From Balanoglossus misakiensis (Eukaryota > Animalia > Hemichordata): 64,000 bases of DNA. The notes below the pieces were generated by a model. The model searched no databases and was not told the origin of the DNA. It was given only the letters and a program-made list of their open reading frames with translations. The stretch lies in the NCBI GenBank assembly GCA_040954595.2, contig CM082589.2:1727910-1791909 (forward strand), given 5' to 3'. Shown here in pieces: positions 1 through 14,468 of this stretch. The translations under genes and the position numbers were made by a program. Numbering within the stretch: position 1 is the first letter of the stretch; each line of letters opens with the position of its first letter.

Positions 1-1995
1 GCCATGTCAGTGAAATTGTTCTCTTATCGATAGAAATGTTCTAGTTTCAAACAAAAAACTAAGATACGTCTAAAGAATATTGTACTTATGAGATAATCTT
101 TGCGCCTCAAATCACGACAAGCTATACACGCGAATCAGGGACGTCGGTCTGCCGACTGGGAAATGTTCCCGATTGATTTTGGCGGGATAATGGTTGCGCA
201 GACGACACATACGTTTCTCTTGTCAAAAGCTTGGTACGGTGAATACACCTATCGCCCGCGTGCATTCTATTCAGCGGAGCAACAAATTATGCACGTATGG
301 CGGTATTAAAACCGAACAAGATTAATGAGGGACTGACAAAGCCGTGGCGACCTTTGCAGAATTGAAAAAAAATCTTAAAATCGGTGGATTCATGTTTTTT
401 TATCGCAGAGGATGCTGCCCCAAAGCAGATAACGATATGTGTACAAAATACGGTTGCATTTGGTCGTACGGCATATTGATGGTTTATCGTTTCCCTTGGC
501 AATAAGAAGTATTAATAATCACGAAATATTTACTGGCCGCCAAAGGCTCTTTTCCCTTTTGGAATTTAGTTCATGACACAGAGCTGGTTTGTTGTGTTGG
601 ATCGAGAAATGAATGAAAGCAATTTGACAGTGAATTCTCTCCTGTAGGCATGTTTATATTTTGTTCATTGGCGCGCTTTTACATGAATTGTATTGACATA
701 TCTAACCGGGCTTTTTTGTCGCTGGTTGGCAGAATATGAGAAAAGGCAGAAATTTGGTCTTCCGCTTCTATGATTGCATGTTAATTTCACGCAGTGAAGT
801 TCGGGTGGAGAACTGCTCGCGTATAAATAAAATATTAACGCAAAGCACGGAATTTTCCACGGTAGCTAACGTTTTCATCATGTGAAGTACTCGCTGGACG
901 TTTCTACATTTTTGTTTCGAGAATGGTAACACATGATACGGGGGCTTTAATACAACTACGCATGGTTTCGTTGTTATGTCTATTTCCAGCGAGGAATAAA
1001 ACTGAAAAATACCCACCCAGAATTCGATTCACGACGAAAAAGCAATAAGCCCTTCGCAAATTCCCAGACAAAATGTTGGAAAATTATTGTTGACAGACTC
1101 TAAAGACTCCACAGAAATTGTTCCCCTGGGGCCAGTAACCTGTAATCTATTTGCAATCGAATAATGTGTGTTAAGATGGTGGGGCGTCGTCGGTCCCATT
1201 ATTAGTGATATAAATTGCCGTAGTGATTTGAAGCAACGTTCAGAGAGCTTTGCTTTGTCTCCTGGGAATACACACACTGGCGACTTCGCAACCTCTCGCG
1301 AGATTAGACTCCATTTCGTGCGAGATTACGAGTTTGGGCTGAGGATGTTTCTTTCATGGCAGTTTTTTTTTCCATTTCCTTTTTTGGTTATCTGGGTTAT
1401 TTTCTCGTTCACAATATTTCTGTTTTGATAAAATGTTTTGAGTATATACAGATCTCGAAGTCACGTTTTTGTTATACCGACTTAATATGGGTCATTATAG
1501 CAAATTTCCATTACAGCACTTGTGGGCGGTATTGCAAATACGTAGAGCCAGAATTGACGTACGAATTCACGACAGGCCTAAAGGTGGCGCTCTTGATGCA
1601 ATATCGAAAGTTAAAAAATTCACTCACACCGCTGTGGGCGCTGTTACTACAACTTTTGTTTTTGGAATCCATGGCAATGAGTCAGAGTTCTGAGACACGT
1701 GCCAGACACGCCAGAAACGTCTTTTCTTTCGAAAACATCCGCTGCTCAGGCCGCTGACATCGTAAAATACTGAACTTGCGGTCGTTAATACCAGTGTGTT
1801 TTCTATCCGTTCCCGTGGAAACTACAGAAGTTTGTTGCCGCCATTAAAACACCCTGTCACAGATGTTTGCAGTAGAGAATAAAATAATCTATGATGGGAA
1901 TCCGCGGTGTCTCATCTTGATGTTGGTCGCTGGCGGCGCATCAAATGATTTGGGGACAACGATAGAAATATGTCTTATCCTCGACAACTAAACCT

Positions 1996-1996
1996 C

Positions 1997-2027
<31 letters not shown>

Positions 2028-2092
2028 CCAACAACAACCAACAACAACAACTATAACAACAAAACCACCACCACCACCACGACCACCATCAC

Positions 2093-2167
<75 letters not shown>
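1996..2167. repeat. Compound trinucleotide microsatellite (CAC)n-(CAA)n-(CAC)n-(CAT)n
   Basis: Read directly from sequence; explains the poly-D/G/C/W ORF 1995..2189. Confidence 0.95.
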
Positions 2168-5100
2168 ATTGCAGATATTTTAAAGTCAATGCCCTGTGTT
2201 ATGTCAATGCACCAGTCTCCCCGCCCTGCTAAGTCTCCGGGTGTCGAATTCGGGGTCATCGTGATCTCCATGGGTACTGTACAATATATACCACCCGTCT
2301 TTTTATTACAGTTTGCAAATTTGCATATGGATAGAGTTGCATATCCATATTTTCATATTTCACGCAGTACCTCGGTTCAAGAGATCTCTCTGACCGTAGT
2401 TCACGAGGGAATTTTACAGATCACATTTGAATATGCCAAGCTGGTAAACTCAGAAGAGATTTAACAGGCTCCGAAACTGGAGCTTCGATCTCAAATCTGA
2501 GTAGTGCGAAAACGACCCTAGTATGATATGCAAACGTCGCACTCGGATGTTTGTGGGATTAAACCTTCAATATCACGATCCTGCAGGCTGCGGATTTTTA
2601 CACTTACACCAACCCGTACGGTTTAATCCTGTACTCGGGTCTCTTTCGTACAGAAATATGGTCGGATATGACAACAAGAATAGCAAGTACTCGTGGACGC
2701 ATAATTTGCTTTGCCGACTTCGACAAAGAACGTTTTATCAGTGCCACGAAAATATTGGTTTATGTCTGCTAAACTTGATTTTCGTAATTTAAAATATTGC
2801 CATGCAGATTTGATATGTAAAATTTTGAAGGCTGATCAATCTAAGGTGTCTAGTCCATTATTTACCGACAGTTGATTTGATTAGTTTCTGAAGCACCTTA
2901 CTGGAGTAAACAAATATATGGTGTACCAACGGTTAGATTTATAGGGATTTCGTTTTTGGAAAATTTGTCCCAGGGGAGCAGTAAAGCTTAAATACCTGTC
3001 GTTAAGTCAAGTTTACAACTTGAAGCAGAACGACAGTAGTGTTCTTGGGACAATTTATCAAATGGAACAAAATTTAAAAGGTGAAAAGACGTTGCATCCA
3101 CCCTTCAAAAACACGTTTTATGATCAAATAAATTGTACGTCCCAACCGTTCGGGTACATAACTTAATTTATGGGTGAATGTAATATTACTATAGGGGTGA
3201 GTTCTGGGTTACTGATTCAGCTTGTTCAAACAAGCAGGGTTTTCTCAGGGCGACACGCGAATCGGGGCAGTATTAATCAAAATCCTGGCATGTTTCAATC
3301 GTATGATTAAACCAGATCAAATGCCAGAGCTCTCTCGTGACAATGTTCGCTTGTTCATGTGCACGCGGAACTTAAGTATTTTTCATTAAACTATTCGCGC
3401 CTTTTGCAGGATTTTTTTTCATGTGGGCCCTAAGTTCGTGTTTATACAATCCTCACATGAATATTCGCAGCCAGGGAAAATACCGACGAGAAAGGGATTT
3501 GAATTAAAACACGACTTGACATGTAGGTCTGCACGTTTCAGGTTTAGGCCTGTGCTAATCGAATTATCGTGGAAAATTTAAACATTTTCGCTGACACTTT
3601 CACCGAATAGTCATTACCCAACACACCCCTCTGCACGTAATTATTTTGTCACCAATATCTCGACATGATGAAATCTGAATCGACGCCAAGTTCTTATCTC
3701 GCCAGCAGATATATCCTGCCTCCTATAACGGATTACTTACCCGTCGCATTTCAAGTTGACCCATTTCCCGCCAACGGAGTAGTACACGACAATTTCTGAT
3801 GCACATTTCCCGCCTTTTGGCTTTATCACGGTGATGGCGCAACGACGACACTTGTACACCTACAACACAAATATAGAGCTTGAATTTAGATTTATGCAAA
3901 CTATTCTATCGGGTATACTGAATCTTTTTCAATAATTCTTTTATTTCCGATATACTATATCTCAAATCGCAAAGGAAATTGAAAAGTCCACGCAGTTGCC
4001 TGTACCGCTGCACAACGCCATTATTCAACGATGATGAGCAATTGGGAGGGAATTGTAAGTTGTCAGAGTCGCTCAATACAACGAATGCCCATGCTGTATC
4101 TGGAAACATTCACTTTGGCACGAAATTACATTTCAAATTCCGGGTGAAAATTCCCCCCATCTGTAGAAGTCTGTTTGCGATCGACTTGGGAGTACACATG
4201 ACAAAGGCCCTGTCATTGATAATGTTAATATGTTTGTGCTGGCTTTGTACAGTTGATTCACCGGGCGAGACCTCGCTCGCTAACAAACATTCTTGTATAG
4301 TTATTCCGCGCATAGTTCCCCAACTGTCCAAGGACGGCGGACAACCTCTGTTCAAACGACTGATGCTCGTTCTTTTTTTTTAATTCGTGAGACCCAGTTT
4401 TGGGTGTTTCGCCAGGAATGTCATCCGGCTGGCGCAGTTAACTTGTCCGCTTGCAAAAAAATCTCCTGAGCGGTCCCCCGTTTTCAAAATTCAATTAAGC
4501 CGGAAAACAAATAAAAACGACAGTTTTTTTCCATTTAAATGTCCATAATCCCGGGATTGGGATGTACATTTTCTCTAACTCCTAATAACATGTAGATATG
4601 TTTGTTAGAAGTCTGCAACAGCAGCTATGCCCTTTAAAAATATCATATTGATATTCCAGATAATATTATTTAAATTGTCATATGTATTACATCATTAGAA
4701 AGACAACACATTATAATTACATACGTATTATCATGATATATTTGCTTTAATTACGTAGCAAGAAAAGCGTCACCGCGTATTTTATTCTATGAATGCAAAA
4801 TTATCGACCGACACTTTTGTCTTCAAATCTGGAAAGATCACGTTGTGTGTATGTTTTTCTCCACATGTCAAAGGTCAGTCATTCAGATGTGTGTCGCAGT
4901 GGTGATAACAAGTGAAGGCCGCCATAATTGCCATTGTCGTCATGAACATTTTTGGCGCGATTGTTTGTTGACGAACAGATTGATCTAATTTCTTTGGCGC
5001 TATTCCACAAGCGTGCACAAACGACGCCAGACTCACAATCCCAATTTACAGACCTGACGTTATAGAACTGGCTGTAGTGATGTATCCTGAATCACCAAAA

Positions 5101-7030
5101 CCCACTGTTACAATCATTACGATTTGTTTTGTTTTGCTCTATACTTAGTCTCACCCAACCGAACGTGCATGCATAATCGAAATATGAATGGCGTCAGGCC
5201 GTGAATATTAAAAAAATAACATGTCGCTTTGTTTTGTAAGCTGATTCAATGTTTCTGCAAGTTTCAAGGTAAGCCGCGACATCGATCGCTGACATCTAAC
5301 GCTTTCGAAAGACCCTGTCTGTCACAGTGGCAAGTCTGACAGGGATTCTGGTGTTTTGTTCCAACAAGTATCGTTGTCTATAAATTTAGCCAACCTAAGA
5401 GGTCACCAACTCGCAGTTCACCGTTAAGAGGTGCATATCTTTGGTGCTTCGGGTATTAGTATGCACGAAAATGAAAGAAAGGGATTGTTTTTCGCTCAAA
5501 ATGACATTTAATTAGCCGTTTTACAAAGGGGACCCTGTTGAAGATTCAGCAAAACGTGATTAGTGAAGATATTAAGATCTAATCAGAGGGCGGGAATGTT
5601 ATCGTCTGATTCCTCAATGCGCTTGCGCATCACTCTGTCTGGATTGTCACTAAAATGAACGATAAAAACACGCGAACCAAAAAACAAACAGCGTATATTA
5701 AATTACCCAAAGGTTAGACCATCCAAGATTGATGGGAGGCCTGAACTTGGATGGTCAAATGTAGTGGGTAGAGATACATGCGCGCGCAGTATAGTACACC
5801 CCATCTGAGTCGCCGAGAGGAAATATAAAACTTGGCGCGCTTTGCAGTGATCAGACGACACCTGCAGTTGTGGCATGCTGTAGATGTCAAACACATCTGC
5901 CGGGTAATTTTCATTGCACACATAACTCAGGGGAAGGTGAAACTGTGTCTTGAACCCCGGGATTACATTTTTCATCTGGTTTTGAGACTGGTTTCCCACC
6001 TCATTTCTTAATCAGTCCCTGATATATTGGCGCCCTTTTTTGCAAATATCTGTCAGCACAAAATGTTGATAAATATGAATGAAAGGCCCTGATAAATGGA
6101 ACTGTGGAAAAGAAATTAGCGCACATGTATGTGTATATGTATTCCCACTATAATTTACTTTCCGAATCTATATAAATACTTTATTTAAACCCGAAATCAA
6201 TACTGCACATTGATGTGTAGTCCGGGCTAAAGCGTCGCACTCAGAATTAAACATGGCGGCGTTTCGTGTCCATGGTGAAATTTCCGATACGCGGGGTGGC
6301 CTTGAGCATGCAAATTCCACCCGCCTTGTTCGATTACCGCTTCGCTTCCAACAACTCTCTGCAGTCATACGGGCGATGTAAATGCCGAAAGTGAGATTAA
6401 TGAAACAAGGTTAAGAGGGTCATATTTTTCTTCCGTCGTAATGTTTCTCAAATGACTTTTAAGTACTCTGGAATCGAACTCTCATTGTGACGGGTGCCAT
6501 ATTGGATTTGGGACAGGTGTGTCAACCCACGTGACCTTTGCCGAAAGTACCGATTGGCTCCCAAAAGGAATTAGCTGCTTTTAAGGCATGTTTCGATCGA
6601 TACACCTACAAAATCTGGACCACACACTGCCTTCTTGCTGTGCAAGATCATTATGTGGTTTGCATCGATGGGGAACGGAATTATTCTTTGTGTTAATACA
6701 CTTTGAGCCTTCACTGTGCACTATACGCATGCTCGCGCATTGCCACCTTGTGAACATGTCGGTAACACGCCGCCAACTTCGAAATCCGCGGTAAAAACCA
6801 ATCAGATTATGTGTGCAGATCACGTTCGTGTCGAAAGGTAACTTTGAAAAAAACTCGGTTAAATATTTAGATTGGAGTAGGCCTTCAGGACTTTGTAGGA
6901 GTCTGATAAAAACATGTAAACATGGTATACAGTCACATATGGTGAGCGTTTGGTAAAGAACAATGAGCATAGTGAAAGTAAAAAATATTTATACTGCTTT
7001 CAGCTTTCACTGAAAATTTCACCTGGCAAA

Positions 7031-7107
7031 TGTCCGGACGGACGGACAGAATAAGAGGCCAATCCATTTATAGCCCCCTCTCCCGACTTTGCCCGCGGGG
7101 ACAATAA
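7031..7107 (-). mobile_element. Probable 5' end of a non-autonomous Helentron/HINE (DINE-1-like) element
   Basis: Minus strand reads TTATTGTCCCCGCGGG...GGGGGCTATA...CTGTCCGTCCGTCC. This is a terminal CCCC/GGGG inverted pair followed by a (GTCC)n tetranucleotide run, the layout typical of HINE 5' ends. The other end was not located. Confidence 0.4.
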
Positions 7108-10100
7108 GTTGTTGACCTTGAGCAATGACTACGAAAAGCGACTCGACAGTTCTCAAATTGAAGTTTAAATTTATGTACAACGATAACCTTGGGGATTTTT
7201 GATGTGGAATCGATTTTCAAGCATTGTTTTCGGTAGATATTTTTTTTAAATTGTGTTCTTCAGTTCGGATGGAAACTAAAACGGAGTTAAAGACACGGTT
7301 GCGCGATTTCGCGTCCAGACTAGTCGCATAAGCGCTGTGCGTATTGAAAAAAAAACACCGTTCCACACCGAGGCTTTTAATACAACTTGAATTTTCGTTG
7401 AATTGGTGTTTCTATATGCAAAACAGGACCCAACCCGTTTGTTATTTTAACACCGCCTGCCGCGGCAACGACGCATACCAGCAATAACAACGGGCACCCG
7501 GCCGTCACATTGCCTCTGTTTACCATTCGGAATTAATCACAAATCTCGCTGTACAATTAACTCAGGTCCGCGGGAACAATTCCATTTCGTTCGCCAAATC
7601 ACCGACTTGTGTCACGTGACAGGCCCACTGCGTGAAGCGCAAATACCCTACAGAAATGGGTTTAGCGCACACGCGTCAGTGGACAACGCCAAGTTCACAT
7701 GCATTATTAACATGCGTCAAATCTGCATCTGACGTTTGTAGGTGCAATATATTGCCTACGGGGTATGGCAACGAAATTTTCAACTTGGCAGTTTCTACCT
7801 TTCAGAAACGCACTGCTATTATCCCAAGCTGCTTTGCGATCCGCCGCACGCGAGCGACCAGCTAGGATAATCCAGATGACGTGAATTTAAAAAGTAATAA
7901 AACAGGAATAATCTGTAGTGTCTTTTTGTAATTAACCCCAATTGCAGACATGCGCATAATCGCCGCTTCTAAAGTAGTTTCATTATCTTGGGGTGTTCAC
8001 CTATTTTTGCATTCTTTCGATGTTATCTGCCTTCACGTTCTTTGCTGGTAACTATCGGCGAAAGCCGTTGTGAGAAAAAAAATCCTAGGTACTTGCCGAA
8101 AATAGTAAACAAAGAAAGAAACGTAAACAAAACACAATATATTCGCGGCCACAAATAATACCCGTTTTCTTGACAACCGAAAAGGGGGTTTCTTTTGTTA
8201 CCATGACAACTGGGAAATTTAGAGGCGTTTGTGGGTGTCGCTATGCAAACGAAGGGAAGGTGAAAACGACACCGAACGAACGGGAACACAATACGCGACA
8301 CTGGGAACCCTGTAGGAGTTACTCGGTCTCCACGGGGCAGCTTTTTTCTGCGCTGCACCTATTAATAAACAGGCGCTCAGTGTGAGCCAATTTCCACCGG
8401 TTTCTCCATTATGTTGGCGGTCTTTGATGACGGGTATGCGTGCTACCGGTGTGAAAGCGAAAACTGGCGACGTCATCTTAATAAATAACGAGGGGGAACT
8501 GACACGTAGCTGCTGGCGGACACCGTGGACCCATTTTGGGGTGATTCGTTACAACGACATTCCTTAGTGTTTTATGATCGATCAACCCCCGTTGAATATA
8601 ACAGACCAGTTTTCAAACATCCGTCCGTATCTAATATTTCGGACTATCGATATCCTTTAAATATTACCCAATTTTCAAAAGGGGTACATTATATTTCGCA
8701 AAACAAGGAGAAATTGAACATTTTCCCGAAAATTTCCACTGCCACCATAATAATAGGCCCGCACCTCTGTGTGATACTGCGTGGATCGTTGCCAAGTATA
8801 GGCCCCTTTTCGCCTTGTAGTATTCCGCTGAACGTCTTTGCTGATGCTATATTTACTGCCTCGCGCACTGTAGTTCTGAGAGTCAAATTCTAAATAATTA
8901 ATATCGATGAACGATCTTTAATTCACGGCGGGACGGTGCCCTGCTACTCAACGGATATACAGCAGACGATCATTTCAAGAACGAGAACTCTCTGAGCGCG
9001 GGAACCAGAATTTCTTCGTTTTTCTTAAAATTTCGACAGAAACGTTCAAAGTCCGGCGGTTGTAAAACAATACAATAAAGGCAATGGGTGTCAGTTTCAT
9101 ATTATTACATAAAACATGTAAATATGACCAAATTTTGAAATATTTGAATACAAAAAATGTAGTAACACTCGAACTTGACGTCCGAGACAACGGCGCGACG
9201 ACATAAAATGTACAGTGAAAAGATGTAAAGAAATGCATTTTGTCGGTGAATAGGGAGGGAGATTTGGTGTAGTCTTTCACAGGATTATGAACCACCCGGT
9301 GCTTTTTACAACCGACGAAAAACCAACAACAGCCCACAGTATGAACACAAAAGACGACGAGTAATTGAATTCGCTATAGAACTGTTTGCGCAGGTATTAA
9401 GCATAAAACGCAATGTAGAATATTCAATGGCACATTTTCCAGGCCCCCGAAAAATATAACAATTCGATATATTTTTTTCTTCCATTGTGTGACTGAGTCT
9501 GTCTCCGACTATTTTTATGCAAAATGTTGTACGATTTAGTGATGATTTCACAGTTTCGACCCTTTTATTATTTTTGCGTGCATATATTAATCATTTTTAA
9601 ATGCCAGGATGATTTTGCGCACTAGGGGCGGTGTAGGTTTCGCCCGGGTTATAAGGGGACCCTAGCGATAGCGTCTCCGATACCGAGAAGACATACCTCT
9701 TGTTGACCATTTTGGGGATGGTATGTGATCGCAATGCGGGGCTCTAAACATACATGTCAAGCGAAGCACACGCGACTGCTCTCGGTCGAAAACCGATTTA
9801 CAGAGGTATTCCGCCACTGGCGGTTGCAATGTGTTGAAACGACAGCGAGAGATGGGGCGCAAGCTGTCGCGGTTATGATGACCAGCCCGAGCGACGTACG
9901 TATTACCGCTGAAAATCGTAACAGGCACAACCCCTGACCGCACAGAGAGTACACAATACAGTGGGGGTGTTTATGGTGTTTGAATCAGTGTTCACACACG
10001 TGTGTAAATTTTATCCTTTGCGATCATTGCGAATATGTTTTCGAATGTGACCTCCCTGCCGTGTCTGGAGTAATAAAAGAAAGGAGATATTTCTGTCACG

Positions 10101-13100
10101 GATTTCTTGACGGGAGCACACGTCGATATTTGTAGCTCCGCCAAGTACAGAATATGCAGGTCGTTTTCTACAGGGTCACATCGAAGGTACACCTTAAAGC
10201 AAAACTTAACCCAGGTATTGTCAAAACCGGAATATTTTCCCTGATATGGGACACACGCCCTCCTCGATTCGTGTAATTTTATTCCCTTGGCCCCCTTCTG
10301 TACCCCAATGACGTCACTCGTGGAACCACTTGTACCCCTACGCATGCTCAGATGGGTTCAGACGTGTACCCCTGAACAAAAAACAGACACCATTGCATCG
10401 CACCGGCGTAATTAGTAGATTTTTTTGGAGAGCACCGGTTCTCGCTGGACGACACCTCACCAAAATTTGGCAACCTGAAAAAACACCTTCTAAACGACAA
10501 GCTTCAAGTCCAGCCACAGAAAAAAAATTCGCGACGTCGATCGCTCGGAGCCGCAAGAGGTACACGGACGGTTCCCTCCTTGTCAACAGTGAGAGAACGC
10601 AGTACATACACTGCACCTATTTTTTTTTTATAAAAAAAAACCTCCGATGTCCACGAAGTCTTCTCGGCGTAGGAATCTGAAAGCGGAGGTAAGATATATC
10701 CACCACAGTCGGCATTTCCTTCTTTTGTTGAAGTAAACAACGAAAATCACTAACCAACACGCAGTGTCGCTTGAAAAGTATTTTTCCCCGTCTTAAAATT
10801 GAGACCTCATTTGATATGCAAGTACTGACCGCTAGCACTATACAGCTGATTTCCCCGCTCGTACCATACTTTCACGTTCGATATCGATGATACCCTCTAC
10901 AAATATGGCGCCTGATACGGACCCAAATATTAAATGTCATTTCGCCAGCCTTTGCCGGGTTTTTCGATCAAAATTAAGCAATTTTACAACGGGTCTAGCT
11001 TTCTTGAGTGAGGTTTCATAGTCCTCCTAAATTGTCGGCTTTTGTCTTAACCGTATTACGCAGCGATAGGGGTTGCCATATCGCCAGCGCAAGCGGGGCC
11101 TACAATTTCGCATTAGGGGTGATGACGTTTTCCCCATACATATTATAATAATAGAAACCGCCGATATTCCCCGAGCCCCAGTTGATATGCAAATATATTC
11201 ATAAGCGATCATGATTATAGCTTTGTGCTCCGCGGCCCACATTGTCTGGCATATTCATAACATTCGCGAAGGACGGCCTTTATCCCAATCTATAAATTAT
11301 GTAAATCACAGGGACAAATTTTTTATGTTAATACGGTCGATTCCGCCTAGCATTGCCGATATTCGTTCCGCTGAGTGGGGCCCGAGCGCACAACAAGAGG
11401 TATTAGAATTTCGGGGAGAAAGAAAAACGCTGCGACAAATTCTCGCGGATTTTAATATTTTTAAGTGATATTTTTAAAAAGAAAAAAATGAATTTTTAAA
11501 TTAATGTACGTAAACATTTAATATAGCTTTACGACGGATGAATATTGTGTACAGCAACCCTCGCAACTAAACTAGAATGACCTTTATCCAATACTTTTCA
11601 TAATTTTGTTTATGAACCGCGGTGCGTCTCTGTGATATGCATGAATATTAAAACAATATGTCCGCATACGTTAATGGCTTGATTGGGGATATCAACCTGG
11701 CCATTAGTCGCCGATTCGCCGTGGGCTTCTGCGATATATCATCTTCCAAATTTTCATAAGGGTCTGTGTTTATTTTCCGGAACAGTATGCGCGTGTTTGT
11801 ACGTATCAAATATGTGACACGATAAATATTTCACATAGTTCATCGTATATTTTTTAAAGTTTTATTTTACCCGTTTAGCAATGTTTAAGTGTTTTGGTAG
11901 CGGGGCTCCAGTTTTAAATTTACGACAATATCACGTTTTGTTGAGATTTCTTGACGAGGCCAAGTTTCTGGTTGAGAACCACCCTTAATATAAAATTGCC
12001 CCAGACAATATTTCTTCATGATACTTATGCTGCGGGGAAAAACATTTGCGGACTGGATCGCGGAACGATAAAACCTTGATTATCTCTGCACGATCGGTCA
12101 TTCGAATCGTGAACATGTAAATGGAAAATGTTAAGCATCGTGTGAACTTTGGCCTGGACGCACGACCATGACGATCTTTCCTTTGTTCCAAGATTTGTCG
12201 GCGTGTGGTCGGGAGACAAAGAACGCGGTCTAATTATTTCTTAATGTCCAAAAATAAATGGTTGCCGGAACCAAATCTTCCCATTACGAAGATCTCGACT
12301 ATTAATTACTTGAGCATGGTTTCAGGGAGGTACCTACAGGACCCCCCCCCCCTCGGGGAGAAAATTTTCCAGAGCTGCTAAAAAGCTCTGGCCATAAGGG
12401 CCTATTTCTTCTGGACACGCTGACCCAAAGAGATGTACCAGCGTTTGTTTAACCATGGGGGTACCTCCATGGTTTTACCCTTTCAACGCGTACGCCATAG
12501 TCAAGTTGTCGTCATCATTCAAAAATTAAACCCTCATAAAAATTTCCTCACTTTTTCCTTAAATTTTGAGTCAAACCTGAAGACAATGGAAAATTCTGTC
12601 CACTTGGTCTAAAATTACGGGAAAATGGAGGCAAAGGGAACAAAAATCGGTGAAACTGTTGCACCACATTTTGACAGAAAAAAATGTGGCATTGCTGGTG
12701 ACTACTTGGGTATGGGCGTTCGATATATCAGTCAGAACATTATTTCTGAGAAACGGGTGCATTATTCACTTTGTTCATACCCGGTACATCTTCTATCTTG
12801 TCTTGCGCCATCACTGTGTGAATATTGCTTTTGTGATAACCGGGCATAATGAAAAACTTGGATAATAGTCTGTCGTTCAGTGGCCGGGGGATTTACGTAT
12901 TTGAAAGTACATGTACGTAACTTCGAGCTACAAAGGGTACACGCGAATGTAATTACATGCAGCACTTTACCCCCTTTGTACGTGTCACATCGGGTCAAAA
13001 GGCGACACCCCGCAGCCTAACAAAAGATTCAGTGTCCATGAAATACGTGCACAAAGACGCAACTGCAACCATTGTTGCTAGGCGCGCTTCTTGTGCCAGC

Positions 13101-14100
13101 CTTCAATCTTCCTGCGCCTGCGCGATTCTCTGTTTGTTATTAGTGACGACAAAATTAAAGTATTTAAAAAACGTCTTTTGGGAAATATAGTGTCACGTTC
13201 GTTAATTTTAAGGTACGTGTACGCGGAAGAATATCGGAAAGTACATAGATGAATCGACGCTAATATCCCAGCGCCGAAATATCTCGAATATTAAACAGAG
13301 AAATTATTTTCGGAAGTGTTCTATATTAAAAATCAAAATCATATATATATTGATAATTTTGACGCGTTCTCTAATAGAATCCCCACAGTGCGATCAGGTG
13401 ACTTTAAAAGACATAAATGCATAGAGGCGATAGACTAGACGGCTACAAGTGTCTTTTATAAAGTCGACTGGTCGTGTTCTCTTGTTTGGGGGCGACTTTC
13501 ACAACGCGATACCCGGTCAGGCTACTCAAATACGAGGCGAACTATTTGTTTAGTCTTTGGCCTGGTGTCTTTTTTTCAAGACGAACGCACGTCTGGTACG
13601 AAAAAAATGTTTTCCACAGAGGAAAAAAACTTCTGCAATCCGACTGTTATTGCGTACGAGCGACACCTATTATTTTCGTGGGTCAAACAAGCGCCTTGCT
13701 GGACCCTTCGTCGCCAAGGTTACCGCATTGTTTCATAATTACTACAGTGTCCTTTTCCGCCGTGAGAGGCGCATCCACCGCGGTGCGCGAAATCTTTTGT
13801 TTCATCTCTTTTAGTCTAGACATCAATTATGTATTTACCACGCACAAAAAAACTCTGGATGTGTTCTAGAGCAAATTACGATGTAATCTGTTCGAATGCT
13901 CTGGTAATTGTTATTACGATTCTGAATTACGACAGTAATAAAGAGAAGAAAAGCGGTTTTCGTTGCTTCAAATGAAAATACTAGTACTAGTAGTCTACAG
14001 ACTATATCCTGAAATTAAAAAAAAATCTTTTTCTTAACATCCATTAAATGTTTTAATATTCCTACATTTGTTCACAAATTCAACATATAATATTAAAAGA

Positions 14101-14136
14101 GGGAGAGAGGGGGGAGGGGAAGAGAGAGAGAGAGAG
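14101..14136. repeat. (GA)n / G-rich purine microsatellite
   Basis: gggagagagg...agagagagagagagag read directly. Confidence 0.85.
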
Positions 14137-14468
14137 CGTAGTTTTGACGACCTGTCCTACCGAATTACGTTACAAGCGCTGGAATTCGACAAGAATCGTA
14201 AATTATTCGGCTAATACTTAGCTTAAAAACACGGATAAAACCCCGACTTCATGAAAATGCGTCCGTGCAGCGAGGCGCAGATGCAACACGAAGGTCACGG
14301 GGCCGCAGGGTAGACAAACGCCGATCATCGAAGTACCCCTGTCAGCGAAATAAATGCTATAATCGCTTGCGACGCCCGGATAATTGACGAGTCGTACCTC
14401 CGAACGCAGTGTCAACATTTATTGTTCGGACCCTTAATATTCTTTGCTTTTATTTGCTTGGATTCTAG

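Noticed and set aside
1995-2189. Poly-Asp ORF
   Set aside because: Microsatellite artefact with no splice or homology support.
6253-6280. ATGGCGGCG in good Kozak/YY1 context as an alternative NOL4 start
   Set aside because: The nearby donor is weak and phase-incompatible with exon 14469; no NOL4 similarity.
12451-12474. Short near-perfect palindromes (also 22859-22888, 49681-49696)
   Set aside because: Isolated 16-30-nt hairpins with no TSD or context; most likely transposon debris or chance.
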